This document shows positions 37,096 to 47,600 of a DNA stretch of 64,000 bases, piece by piece; position 1 is the first letter of the stretch; each line of letters begins with the position of its first letter. The position numbers and the translations under genes were made by a program. The DNA comes from Dehalococcoidia bacterium UBA1162 (GTDB lineage Bacteria; Chloroflexota; Dehalococcoidia; GIF9; UBA5629). The stretch lies in contig DBZK01000041.1 of NCBI GenBank assembly GCA_002311135.1, positions 10,824 through 74,823 of the forward strand, in the 5' to 3' direction. The notes beneath the pieces are model-generated. The model had not been told where the DNA came from. It did no database searches and saw only the letters and a list, made by a program, of their open reading frames with translations.

Positions 37096-39228
37096 TTATT
37101 TATGCTGGTTATTTATGGCATTAAGGTAAAACCGCTCGGTATATTCCTTAGCCATCCTCGATGTGTTAAATAGAGGGCTGTTGGAGCGTATAGTCTCCTT
37201 CATCATCTTGATCCATCCGCGAGGCAGGCCCTCAGCATCCCTTTCGTAATACATTGGGATGATCTGCTCCTCCAGCAGATCATAGATCGCTTTGGCAGTT
37301 TGACTATCGATGGCGTTCGGATCTCCACCACCTTTTTCCTCAACAGCCCATCCGTTTTGCCCATTATAACCTTCGAACCACCAACCGTCTAGCACGCTCA
37401 AATTCAGTACTCCGTTAGCCGAAGCCTTCTGTCCGCTGGTTCCACTGGCCTCCATTAATGAGCGCGGGGTATTAAGCCAGACATCCACCCCACATACGAT
37501 ATCACGAGCCAAATGCATATCGTAGTCCTCAATAAAGGCGATTCTGCCGCCGAAGTCGGGATCTTTGGCCAGGTTGTATATTTGCTGTATTAATTTCTTT
37601 CCACCCTCGTCGCTGGGATGTGCTTTTCCTGCAAAAATGATCTGTACGGGTTGAAGGCTGCTGTCTATTATCTTCTTGAGCCTGGGAGCATCGCTGAGAA
37701 TTAAACTCGCCCTTTTATATCCGGTAAAGCGCCTGCAAAAACCGATAGTCAACGCATCGGTATCCAACAGGGCCCCCATGGCCAGCGGTTGAATGGGCGC
37801 CACCCTATCTCGAACCCACCTTCGCCGGGCTCTGTAGAGCACGGAATTAATCAGCTTTGATTTCAGCCAACGATGCATACCCCACAAGGCCTCATCGGGA
37901 ATCAAGCGCACATTTTGCCACATATCGGGATCGTCCTGGTGTTTCATCCAGTCATTCCCCATATACTCCCGGAAAAGCAATTGGTATTGCGGCGCTATCC
38001 AGGTACGCTCGTGGACCCCATTGGTGATCGACTCGATTGGAACATTATCCTCTTCAAGGTCCGGCCACAGCCCATGCCACATTTTCCTGCAGACCTGGCC
38101 GTGCAGCTTGCTGACGCCGTTCCTGAACCCCGCCAGCTTCAGGCCCAGCACCGTCATATTGAATGACTCGCCGGGACCACTGATCATGCCCATCTTTAAG
38201 AACTGGTCACGGTCCATTTTCAACTGGCCCCAGTAATTATGGAAATACTTATCTATAAGCTCTGGCGCGAAAGTATCATTACCGGCCGGGACAGGCGTAT
38301 GCGTCGTGAATACCGACGTTTCCTGTACTACATTAATAGCTTCTTTCAGCGCCATTCCGCTCTGTACTATTTCCCGGATGCGCTCTATGAACATAAAGGT
38401 AGTGTGGCCTTCGTTAGCATGCCAGACAGTAGGATTCAAACCGAGCGCCCTTAGTATCCTAACCCCACCGATGCCGATCACGAGCTCCTGCAACAGACGG
38501 ATCTCACGGTCGCCGCCGTACAGCCGGGCAGATAGATTACGATAGGCCATTGGATTCTCATCCAGGTTGGTATCAAGCAAATAGAGCTTGACACGCCCCA
38601 AGTTCAGCTTCCAGGCCGCTACATGGATCGACACGTTGTCCAGCGGAACAGTCACTGTCAGCGGTTTGCCGTCGGCCGTGATGACGCGCGAGACAGCAAC
38701 CTCATCGAAATCGATCTGGTCGTATACCTCGCTTTGCCAGCCATCTTGCGATATATACTGGTGAAAATAGCCCTGCGGATACATTAAACCCACGCCAACT
38801 AGAGGAAGCCCAAGATCACTGGCCTCTTTACAGTAGTCTCCTGCCAGCACGCCAAGGCCTCCCGCATAAAGCGGCAGCGAAAAATGTACGGCAAATTCGA
38901 GTGAAAAATAAGCTATTAGCTTATCAGCGAACTCAGGGTGGTTTCTCTCAAACCATGTATTGCCGGATGCTATACTGGCCTTGAAATCAGACATGGTCTT
39001 GTCGTATAGACTCAAATAACTGATATCACCGGCGCGGGCTACCAGGCGATAATAAGGTATGTCTTTCAACAGCTTGACAGGGTTGTGCCCGTAGGATTTC
39101 CACATCGACCTGTCCAGCACCTTAAAAACTTCGCGCGCATCCGGATGCCAACTCCACCAGAGGTTATAGGACAGCTGACCAAGCCCTTCAATACGTTCAG
39201 GGAGACTGAATCTATTGTGTGATTCCAT
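37096..39228 (-). CDS. glgP: Alpha-glucan (glycogen) phosphorylase
   Basis: NLWWSW, YAGGLGVLAGD, NEGH, EASGTSGQK (PLP lysine) motifs. Confidence 0.95.
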   Translation of the reverse strand: MESHNRFSLPERIEGLGQLSYNLWWSWHPDAREVFKVLDRSMWKSYGHNPVKLLKDIPYYRLVARAGDISYLSLYDKTMSDFKASIASGNTWFERNHPEFADKLIAYFSLEFAVHFSLPLYAGGLGVLAGDYCKEASDLGLPLVGVGLMYPQGYFHQYISQDGWQSEVYDQIDFDEVAVSRVITADGKPLTVTVPLDNVSIHVAAWKLNLGRVKLYLLDTNLDENPMAYRNLSARLYGGDREIRLLQELVIGIGGVRILRALGLNPTVWHANEGHTTFMFIERIREIVQSGMALKEAINVVQETSVFTTHTPVPAGNDTFAPELIDKYFHNYWGQLKMDRDQFLKMGMISGPGESFNMTVLGLKLAGFRNGVSKLHGQVCRKMWHGLWPDLEEDNVPIESITNGVHERTWIAPQYQLLFREYMGNDWMKHQDDPDMWQNVRLIPDEALWGMHRWLKSKLINSVLYRARRRWVRDRVAPIQPLAMGALLDTDALTIGFCRRFTGYKRASLILSDAPRLKKIIDSSLQPVQIIFAGKAHPSDEGGKKLIQQIYNLAKDPDFGGRIAFIEDYDMHLARDIVCGVDVWLNTPRSLMEASGTSGQKASANGVLNLSVLDGWWFEGYNGQNGWAVEEKGGGDPNAIDSQTAKAIYDLLEEQIIPMYYERDAEGLPRGWIKMMKETIRSNSPLFNTSRMAKEYTERFYLNAINNQHK

Positions 39229-39415
39229 TAATAAACTTTCGCCAATTACAATTAATACAAGCTACGTTTAATCGGGTAATGGTTTATTATAAGGAAAGCA
39301 CCATTGACTTAGCAATGTACGTTCAAGGCCCCGATTCTTTGAAACGCCTATAATTAAAACAGTATACTTAAAAACGCCACTTCAATAGCAGACAGATATT
39401 TATCGAGGTAAAGCT

Positions 39416-40087
39416 ATGAAGATCAATGTTATGCAGGATGTATTACAGGCCAACGACAGGATTGCTGAAGAAAACAGGCAACTGTTCCTCAAAAACCGCA
39501 ACCTTGTGCTCAACCTCATGAGTTCACCCGGTGCGGGCAAGACTTCCCTGCTCGAGAAAACGGCCGAAAAACTGGCCGGCAAGCTCAGGCTGGGCGTTGT
39601 CGTGGGAGACCTGGAGACAACAAGGGATGCAGACCGGCTTAGCAAATTCAACATCCCGGCCATCCAGCTCACTACAGGTTCCGCCTGCCACCTGGATGCC
39701 AACATGGTGGCATCGGCTTTGCCGCACATGCAGCTCGATAAAATAGATATACTGGTTGTCGAAAATGTCGGCAACCTGGTGTGCCCCGCCGAATTTATCG
39801 TCGGTGAGGACTATAAGATCATGATCCTGAGCGTAACCGAGGGAGATGAGAAGCCGCTTAAATACCCCCTCATGTTCCACGAGTCAGCCCTGATGCTCAT
39901 CAATAAAATCGACCTTGTGCAGTATACCAACTTCAACATGGGGGAAGCCCGTGCCAACGCCCGCAAGATTAACCCCAATATCGACATCATCGAGATATCC
40001 TGCACCAAGGGCACAGGTCTGGATGAATGGATAGCATGGCTGGTGAAACATCATCAGAAAAAACTGGGTGAGCTTTCCCATGCATGA
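39416..40087 (+). CDS. hypB: Hydrogenase nickel incorporation GTPase
   Basis: SSPGAGKT, CHLDA, ENVGNLVCPA, KPLKYP, NKID motifs. Confidence 0.96.
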   Translation: MKINVMQDVLQANDRIAEENRQLFLKNRNLVLNLMSSPGAGKTSLLEKTAEKLAGKLRLGVVVGDLETTRDADRLSKFNIPAIQLTTGSACHLDANMVASALPHMQLDKIDILVVENVGNLVCPAEFIVGEDYKIMILSVTEGDEKPLKYPLMFHESALMLINKIDLVQYTNFNMGEARANARKINPNIDIIEISCTKGTGLDEWIAWLVKHHQKKLGELSHA

Positions 40088-40421
40088 GATGGGCATTGCC
40101 CAGAATATCCTCGAGATATCAGTCGAAGCAGCCAGGAAGGAAGGCGCTTCCAAAGTCATCCGCATCAACCTCATCGCCGGTGAGCTGCGCGGTATCGTGC
40201 CTATGCAACTGACCTTCTGCTTCGGAATTGTGGCCAAAGATACCATGGCCGACGGCGCTTATCTGGACGTCGAAGAGGTGCCTGTCGCAGGGCACTGCAA
40301 AAACTGCAACTCCGATTTCTCAGTCGAGGAATATGAATACGTGTGCCCCAAGTGCGGCAGCCCTAATATAGAGCTCACGGGCGGTACCGAGCTTCGTATA
40401 AAAGATATCGAAATAGAATAG
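40080..40421 (+). CDS. hypA: Hydrogenase maturation nickel chaperone
   Basis: MHEMGIA start and two CxxC motifs. Confidence 0.95.
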   Translation: MHEMGIAQNILEISVEAARKEGASKVIRINLIAGELRGIVPMQLTFCFGIVAKDTMADGAYLDVEEVPVAGHCKNCNSDFSVEEYEYVCPKCGSPNIELTGGTELRIKDIEIE

Positions 40422-40446
40422 CTACCCCGTATCAGGAAAGCTATTA

Positions 40447-40581
40447 CTACTGTTTTTTAATCTTTCGGACGCTATTGGACTTACATTTGGGGCAAATCCG
40501 GTCCTTCATCTCACTTTTGGCATCCGGCTCCATTTCGTAAGTGTGGTCGCAGTGCAGGCATTTGAAGGTTTCTTTAGACAA
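40447..40581 (-). CDS. Small zinc-ribbon protein (44 aa, not in ORF track)
   Basis: Manual translation MSKETFKCLHCDHTYEMEPDAKSEMKDRICPKCKSNSVRKIKKQ. Two CxxC motifs. TTG start after GGGGG. Confidence 0.65.
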   Translation of the reverse strand: MSKETFKCLHCDHTYEMEPDAKSEMKDRICPKCKSNSVRKIKKQ

Positions 40582-40631
40582 GCTATATTCCCCCGCTAAA
40601 ATTATCATCCGGCGGCCTTAGTGGCCAGCCC

Positions 40632-43043
40632 TTAAGCAGCATTATCTCTGCCGGTAAGTACTCTCTGAGTAAATTCTATCTCTTCACTGGTGACTGTTTG
40701 GCGCATCTTCTCCAGCTCGCGCATTATCTGGGCAAAGCGCGGAGCCTCCGCGGCGCTAATCCATTCAAGCTGCAGCCTTTCGGGCCTGATTCCCAGCTTC
40801 TCCATGGCATCCCACATCCTGTCAGCCCTCCTTTGGGTCGAATGGTTGGCTGTAATGTAATGGCAATCACCGATATGGCAGCCCGATAACAGCACCAGTG
40901 GCGCTCCCAGCTTGAAGGCATGCCAGATAAATCTCTCGGTCACACGGGCGCTGCACATGACTCTTATGAACCGGTTGTTGGCCGGATACTGCATCCTGGA
41001 AATGCCGGCCACATCACTTGCGGCATAACTGCACCAGTTGCACAGGAAGGTGATAATCTTTTTTTGCGGGTTATCGGCCAACGCTGAGCTGATCTGGGAA
41101 AGAACCTGGTCTTCCATGAAGTGGTGGATGGTTATAGCATCAAAACGGCATTCAGCCGAGCAGGCGCCGCAGCCTGCGCAGGCTGCGACAATTATCTTAG
41201 CCCCACTCTTGGCCTTAATGTCTACCTCGATGGCATTATAGGGGCAAACCCTGGCACATACCCCGCAGGAAGTGCACTTCTCCTGATCAACAAATGCTTT
41301 GACTCCGTCACCCTTGATAAAGTCCGCATTTAAGATTATAGAGCTGCGGGATACTGCGGCACTGGCTTGAGTGACGCTGTCTTTGATATCCTTGGGCGCC
41401 TCAACGGAGCCTGCGAAAAATATGCCCGGCGTGGGGGCATCTACCGGCTTCAGCTTAGGATGCGCTTCCATCACAAACCCGTCCGAGGTCAGCGAGATAT
41501 TCAGCAGGTTACACAGCTTCTTGAGCCCGCTATCCTGGTGCAATCCAACCGACAGCACCAGAAGGTCCAACTCATATTCCTCCACCTGGCAGGTGGTGGT
41601 ATTTTCTACACGCACCTTGATATTACAGTTGGCCGGGTCTTCGGTCACTTCTCCAGGGAATCCGCGAATATAATGCACACCTTCTTCCTGAGATCTTTTG
41701 TAGAGGTCTTCAAAACCTTTGCCGTAAGCACGGATATCCATGTAAAACACATATATCTCAGTATCCGTATAGTGCTCTTTAATCAGGAGGCTGTCTTTAA
41801 TGGTATTCATGCAGCAGACATTGGAGCAGTAGGGGTTTCCCCGGTTGGCCGTTCGCGAGCCCACGCATTGAATGAAGCCAATGCGCTTTGGCACCTTGCG
41901 GTCGGTAGGACGTAAAATCTGCCCCTCGGTCGGCCCGCCGCCGCAGATCAGTCGCTCGAACTCCATAGTTGTGATTACATTTTCAAAGCGCGTATAGCCG
42001 TACTCGTCCAGGACGGTCGGGTCGTAGATATCCATCCCGGTGCATACGATGATGGCGCCAACCTTTATCTCGATTTCTCTGTCAGCCATATTCAAATCGA
42101 TGCATTTCTTTTCGCAGACTTCCACGCATTTATTGCACCTGACTGGATTGTTGCCTAGGCAGTTTTTCATATCGATTATGTATGCCGGCGGCACGGCCTG
42201 CGGAAAGGGGATAAAAGCCGCTTTGCGCGAGGAAAATCCCTGCTGAAATTCATCTGGTACCACCACCGGGCAAACTTCGGCGCATTTGCCGCAGGAATTG
42301 CAATCCAGCTCGTTAACGTATCGGGCTTTTTTATTTATAACGACAGTGTAGTTTCCGATATAGCCTGAAACACTGGATATCTCACTGAAGGCTATCAACT
42401 CGATATTGGGATGCTTGCCAGCGTCCATCATCTTGGGACCCAGCACACATATGGAACAGTCCATCGTCGGAAAAGTCTTATCCAACTGGGCCATGATTCC
42501 GCCGATGGAAGGTTGACGTTCAATTAAATAAACCTTGTGTCCCGAATCCGCTAGGTCCAGCGCGGCTTGAATCCCTGCAACCCCACCACCGATGACCAGC
42601 GCCGCGTCCGTAACCGGGATTTTAGTCTCTTCGATAGGCTGCAGCAGCCTTGCTTTGGCTACGGCCACTTTGACAATATCCATGGCTTTTTCGGTAGCCG
42701 CTTTTTTATCATGCAGGTGAACCCAACTGCAATGCTCACGGATATTCGCCATCTCCAGAAGATAAGAATTCATGCCTGCCTTGCTTATACAGTTGCGAAA
42801 GGTCGTCTCGTGCATCCTGGGTGAGCATGAAGCAACCACCACGCGGTCCAGGTTGTGCTCGTGAATACATCTCTTAATCTCTTCCTGTCCAGGGTCTGAG
42901 CACGTATATTTATTTCTCATGGCCACTACGACACCGGGAACGGTGGAAGCCATATCTTTAACGGCTTCACAATCCACCGAACCGGCGATATTCATGCCGC
43001 AGTCGCATACAAAAACGCCTACTCTATTGCTTGCTTCTTCCAA
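40632..43043 (-). CDS. hdrA: Heterodisulfide reductase subunit A fused to MvhD
   Basis: GVFVCDCG, NIREHCSWVH, VIGGGVAG, LDKTFPTMDC, QCVGSR, CSNVCC, PKDI motifs. C-terminal FLCNWCSY...VMCS...GCHIGDCHY is MvhD. Confidence 0.93.
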   Translation of the reverse strand: MEEASNRVGVFVCDCGMNIAGSVDCEAVKDMASTVPGVVVAMRNKYTCSDPGQEEIKRCIHEHNLDRVVVASCSPRMHETTFRNCISKAGMNSYLLEMANIREHCSWVHLHDKKAATEKAMDIVKVAVAKARLLQPIEETKIPVTDAALVIGGGVAGIQAALDLADSGHKVYLIERQPSIGGIMAQLDKTFPTMDCSICVLGPKMMDAGKHPNIELIAFSEISSVSGYIGNYTVVINKKARYVNELDCNSCGKCAEVCPVVVPDEFQQGFSSRKAAFIPFPQAVPPAYIIDMKNCLGNNPVRCNKCVEVCEKKCIDLNMADREIEIKVGAIIVCTGMDIYDPTVLDEYGYTRFENVITTMEFERLICGGGPTEGQILRPTDRKVPKRIGFIQCVGSRTANRGNPYCSNVCCMNTIKDSLLIKEHYTDTEIYVFYMDIRAYGKGFEDLYKRSQEEGVHYIRGFPGEVTEDPANCNIKVRVENTTTCQVEEYELDLLVLSVGLHQDSGLKKLCNLLNISLTSDGFVMEAHPKLKPVDAPTPGIFFAGSVEAPKDIKDSVTQASAAVSRSSIILNADFIKGDGVKAFVDQEKCTSCGVCARVCPYNAIEVDIKAKSGAKIIVAACAGCGACSAECRFDAITIHHFMEDQVLSQISSALADNPQKKIITFLCNWCSYAASDVAGISRMQYPANNRFIRVMCSARVTERFIWHAFKLGAPLVLLSGCHIGDCHYITANHSTQRRADRMWDAMEKLGIRPERLQLEWISAAEAPRFAQIMRELEKMRQTVTSEEIEFTQRVLTGRDNAA

Positions 43044-44195
43044 TTAATCGTTCTCCTTGAGAGCTCTCTCTGAGATGAAATGGTACATGTCAACGATTTT
43101 TATTTTTTCTTCGGCCTGGCCGTTTGACCGCTGGGCACATGTTAAATGGATCTGGCACTTGGGGCAAGAAGTGATCAGGAAATCAGCCCCGGTTGCATCG
43201 GCCTGCCTGAGCCTTTCATCCTGAATTTGTTTATTGACCGAGCCGCAGAACATCCAGGGATTAGCCCCGCAGCAGAGAGCATTATCCCTGTTATATTCCA
43301 TCTCGATCAGTTCGGCATCAGCTAGAGTACGTAAAATATTGCGCGGCTCATCATATTTTCTAAAATACCTGCCCAGCTTGCATGAATCATGAAGGGTCAC
43401 TTTTGGCCGGTTTCTCCCTTTTTCGCCCACATTAACCTCAATTTTAATTATATCGGGTACTTCTGCTAAATGTTGTACTTCCATATGCCAGTCCGGAAAA
43501 AACCGGGCGTAGTCTATTTTCAGCGTATAGTAACACTCCGGGCAGGCGGTTATTATTTTTTTTATGCTACGTTTATTTATCTCATGAATATTGGCCTGTC
43601 CCAGGTTAATAAAACCACTCTTATCTCCCGATAAAATCAAATCATGCCCGCAGCAGCGTTCGTTGGCCAGTACAGTAAAGGCAACACCGGCCCGGTTAAG
43701 GAGACGCATGGCGCCGATGGGGCTATCCGTTGATTTGACGCCGATATCCTTGAAAATAGAATCAAAGTAGGGAGCACATCCTACAAAGAAAGCCGTGTCC
43801 GCTGACGGGCTGACATTTATATCCTGAGGTATCCAGTCCAACCTGTCCTGCCGGGTCTCCTTTTTGCCCATCAAGTGCATAACCGACTCGGTCACACCAC
43901 TGTGGTTATATACAGGTTCCATCCCATGTTCACGTGATTTCATACGCAGGTACCTGATGAAATCAACGAAGCTCACGTTATAATTACATCTGATCGTGCA
44001 CATATTGCAGCCGATGCATGACCATATATTGCGGTCTGCGTAAATTTTCTCCGGATGACGCAACGCTTTGCGGACAATCAAGCGCGGGCTGAACTGCTGA
44101 TCATAGCGGCTGACCGGGCACACCGCGGTGCATTTTCCGCAGTCCAGGCAGAAGTGCGCTTTAGTCTGACGTATTATATCTTTCAGCTCTGACAC
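43044..44195 (-). CDS. HdrD-like Fe-S oxidoreductase (ferredoxin domain plus two CCG domains)
   Basis: CLDCGKCTAVCP, CIGCNMCTIRC, RCCG, TACPEC, HDSC, LCCG, TSCPKC. Confidence 0.88.
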   Translation of the reverse strand: MSELKDIIRQTKAHFCLDCGKCTAVCPVSRYDQQFSPRLIVRKALRHPEKIYADRNIWSCIGCNMCTIRCNYNVSFVDFIRYLRMKSREHGMEPVYNHSGVTESVMHLMGKKETRQDRLDWIPQDINVSPSADTAFFVGCAPYFDSIFKDIGVKSTDSPIGAMRLLNRAGVAFTVLANERCCGHDLILSGDKSGFINLGQANIHEINKRSIKKIITACPECYYTLKIDYARFFPDWHMEVQHLAEVPDIIKIEVNVGEKGRNRPKVTLHDSCKLGRYFRKYDEPRNILRTLADAELIEMEYNRDNALCCGANPWMFCGSVNKQIQDERLRQADATGADFLITSCPKCQIHLTCAQRSNGQAEEKIKIVDMYHFISERALKEND

Positions 44196-44206
44196 TTAAT
44201 CTCCAT

Positions 44207-44623
44207 CTACGGCTTGTCGGCTTTTTGTGCGCCGGCCGGTATGGCCGGGTTCTTGATCCCGTGAATAAATCCGTTAAGCTGTTCGATAAATCCCCTCCCA
44301 TCGAAGGGTGCCAATCTTGCCAGCATGATTCTATCGCCTTTAACGCCCAGCATTTTAATGATCTCTCTGGCTTTGTCGCATTCTATCTCGATACTATTAT
44401 CAAATTGACCGTAGCGGCACTGCTGATTTTGGCAACCGAGTAACATAACGCCATCAGCGCCATGTTCAAAGGCCTTCAGCATAAAACCCGCATTCAGGCT
44501 GGAAAGGCAGGTTAATTTAATTATATTTACCGAAACCGGATAACTCAGGCCGGCATTGGCGGCTGAGTCAATGCAGCTCCAGCCATCCCAATTGCAAGAG
44601 AATATCAATATTTTAGCTGTCAC
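44207..44623 (-). CDS. Divergent MvhD-like [2Fe-2S] subunit
   Basis: FSCNWD, KAFEHGADGVMLLGC....C and LGVKGDRI align to MvhD. Confidence 0.82.
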   Translation of the reverse strand: MTAKILIFSCNWDGWSCIDSAANAGLSYPVSVNIIKLTCLSSLNAGFMLKAFEHGADGVMLLGCQNQQCRYGQFDNSIEIECDKAREIIKMLGVKGDRIMLARLAPFDGRGFIEQLNGFIHGIKNPAIPAGAQKADKP

Positions 44624-44638
44624 GAGTCACCTGTAATA

Positions 44639-47600
44639 TCATATTTCCGCCGGACACAGGAATGATTTCAATGCTGTACCGATCCTACTTTTATCCTGGC
44701 CACTGAGGTAGATAGCGCCTGTGGGGCATACGCTGGCGCAGGCCCCACAACCCATGCACAGGAAACGTTCAAGATGGGAGTGCAGTAAGCCGTTGGCCCC
44801 TTCGCGCATTTCAATTATCGGGCAACGTTCTATACAGGTCCGGCAGCCGCGGCACAGAGCCGTATTGACCTGAGCCACCGAATCCCGGGCCGTAATCCAA
44901 TTCGACCGGAGATACAATAATATGGCAGCCGCCAATGCAACACCCTGTGCACTTTCATCCCCTTTCTCACGGCCCGTCAACGGGGGGTTGATAAAAAGCC
45001 CGGCCCTGTTAAGAGCCGACGCATACTTATTGAGGTTTAATTTTGATCCGGCGTGATCTTTAACCATACCGGAAATTAAACGCTGAAACAGCCTCCCTGT
45101 ATAGGTATAACCCAACTTATCGAGGTCAGCCTGCTTAAGAGACGCATCAATAATGATAGTTCCGGTCTTTATTACCTCGTTTCTATCCGAAAACCCCAGC
45201 TTTACATGGTAGTCGCCGGGCTGGCCGCCTATCTCAAGGGAATCGGGCACCTGCGTTACCTGAAACAGTTTGCAGCCCAGTACTTCCAGGGTCATGGCTG
45301 CAATCTTAGCGGTACCGGACTCCCCAATAAAAAGTGCCGCAGGGTTAATCGGGTGGCGCTCGTATTTTTGATGACCAGAAGGAGGGAGGAGCACTGCCGC
45401 CTCCAGAATTTTAAGCGCTTTGTCAGTCGCCGACTGCCGGTCGTCACCATGCGCCCAGGCGCATAGTTCCCTGATATTGACATACTCGATATCTGAACTG
45501 CTTTGACCTGGAATATTACGCCTAAGGTAGTGACTGCTGAGGATGCGCCTATCGTTGCAGCTATAACAAATCTGGTCGTAATTGCAGCACCTGCAGGCGG
45601 CTACAACAGCACGGTCCAGGCCGGCTTCTTTCCAACGTTGTGCGATGACCTGCGCCCCTTCTTCTGTACATGCTTGCTCAATCTCGGATATATGTGCGAT
45701 ATTTAGTTTCTGAGCACCGAGGCTTAGTCGCCCGAAATCTATGGCCGAGCTATTCTCCCCATTGCAACGGCAGAGGAATATGCCCTGCTTGCTTTCCGGC
45801 AGGGTATGATCCTCAAGATAGTGGATTGGATCATGACTGCCTTCAGCTTGATCGTCGCAGCCGAAACGGCCTGTTGACAACTTATCCAAAAATTCAAGAT
45901 CCGAATCCAGTATGGTCTGCATTACGGCTGCCATGAGTTTTACATTAACATCGCCTTCCGACCGATCGGTCCCGTGGCTGATTGTATATACACCGCTCTT
46001 ATCGGCCGCCGGACCCTCCTCCTTTACGCCCATATCTTCAGCAGGAAATTTCAGGATAACATCCGCTTCTACGTCCTTATGCCTAACGGTGTCATTGTGC
46101 CTGATCGCATTGGACTTACATACCTTAATGCACTCCATACACTCACTACACAGAGCGCAACTCAGGCACCTTTGCGCCTCTTCGACCATGGTCTGAGCAG
46201 GGAACCCCGTCGTCGTTTCCTCATAGGTATTTTTCCTGCTTTCCATATCCAGGTACGGCATCTCCGCCCTCTTGACAGGAAAGGCCCAGACCGAGTCCAA
46301 ATCCACTTCCGCTACCTTTTTAGACGCAATTTGCCTGCCCTCTTCCAAATCGGAATCGGACAGATATCTGTCAATAGACTCGGCGGCTTTCAGGCCGTCG
46401 GCCATGGCTTCGACGACATTGTTGGGACCACGCATACAGTCGCCGCCGGCAAATACGCCGGGTAAATTAGTTGCCAGAGTGAGCGGATTGACCCTGATCG
46501 TGCCTGACGCTTTCTCTATGTCGAGGCCTTCGAGGTTCAACTGGGTTGCATCCGCCGACTGGCCTATGGCGACGATAACATGGTCTGCTTCGATAATAAA
46601 ATCAGTCCCTTCCACAGGCTCGGGCCTATGCCAACCATTGCGCATCAACTCATCAGTCAACTTCGTTCGGCAGAAGCGCACCCCCGTCACCTTGTTCTTA
46701 TTTCCCAGTATTTCCACGGGGTAGGACGAATACTCGATGGAAACGCCCTCTTCCCGTGCTTCCTGAATCTCGTCTGCAGATGCCGTCAATTCTTCCGGCA
46801 CGGTCCAGCTCACGATTTTAACGCTGCCTTTATTTTGTCTGATGGCAGCGCGGGCCGAATCGACAGCGCTGTTGCCATCGCCGATAATTACAATGTTGGA
46901 TCCGATGAAAAGGTCGTCAGTAAGGTTGAGCAGCAATAGAAAGGACATGCAATCTATAACACCCGATAGATCCTCGCCTTCTATACCCAGTTTATTGTTC
47001 CTGGATGCGCCGATGGCCAGGAAAAAGGCCTTATAATCACGTTCTTTCAGGTAAGCAAAATCGATATCAGGGCCCACCGTGATACCGGTCCTGATCTTGA
47101 TCCCCATGTCCAATAATTGACCGAGTTCCCGTTCCCGGATTTCCCTGGATAATCTAAACCTGGGAATGCCCGTGGCCAGCATGCCGCCTATAACGTTATG
47201 GGATTCAAAAATAGTTGGGTCATACCCCCTGCGTTTGAGGTCCCAGGCGGCCATGAGGCCTGCAGGGCCGCTGCCTATAATGGCTATTTTGCTAGTGGAA
47301 GCAGGCCCAGCCGCTACCAGGTGTTTTCCGGCAGGACTAACCACATTATCATAAGCATAGCGGTGCAATGATCTGATTGAGACAGCACTATCAACTTTAG
47401 CCCGGCTGCATTTGCTCTCGCAGGGATGCTTGCACAAGCGCCCCAGGATACCTCCCAAGGGAGCCGATCCGTTGATCAGGTCGTAGGCCTCCTGGACCTT
47501 GTTATTGGCCAGCAGGGATACGAATCCCTGGACATTTATGCCCAGCGGGCATGAGGCACGACAGGGCGAGATCCCGTTTTTATCGATGACCATGGTTGAC

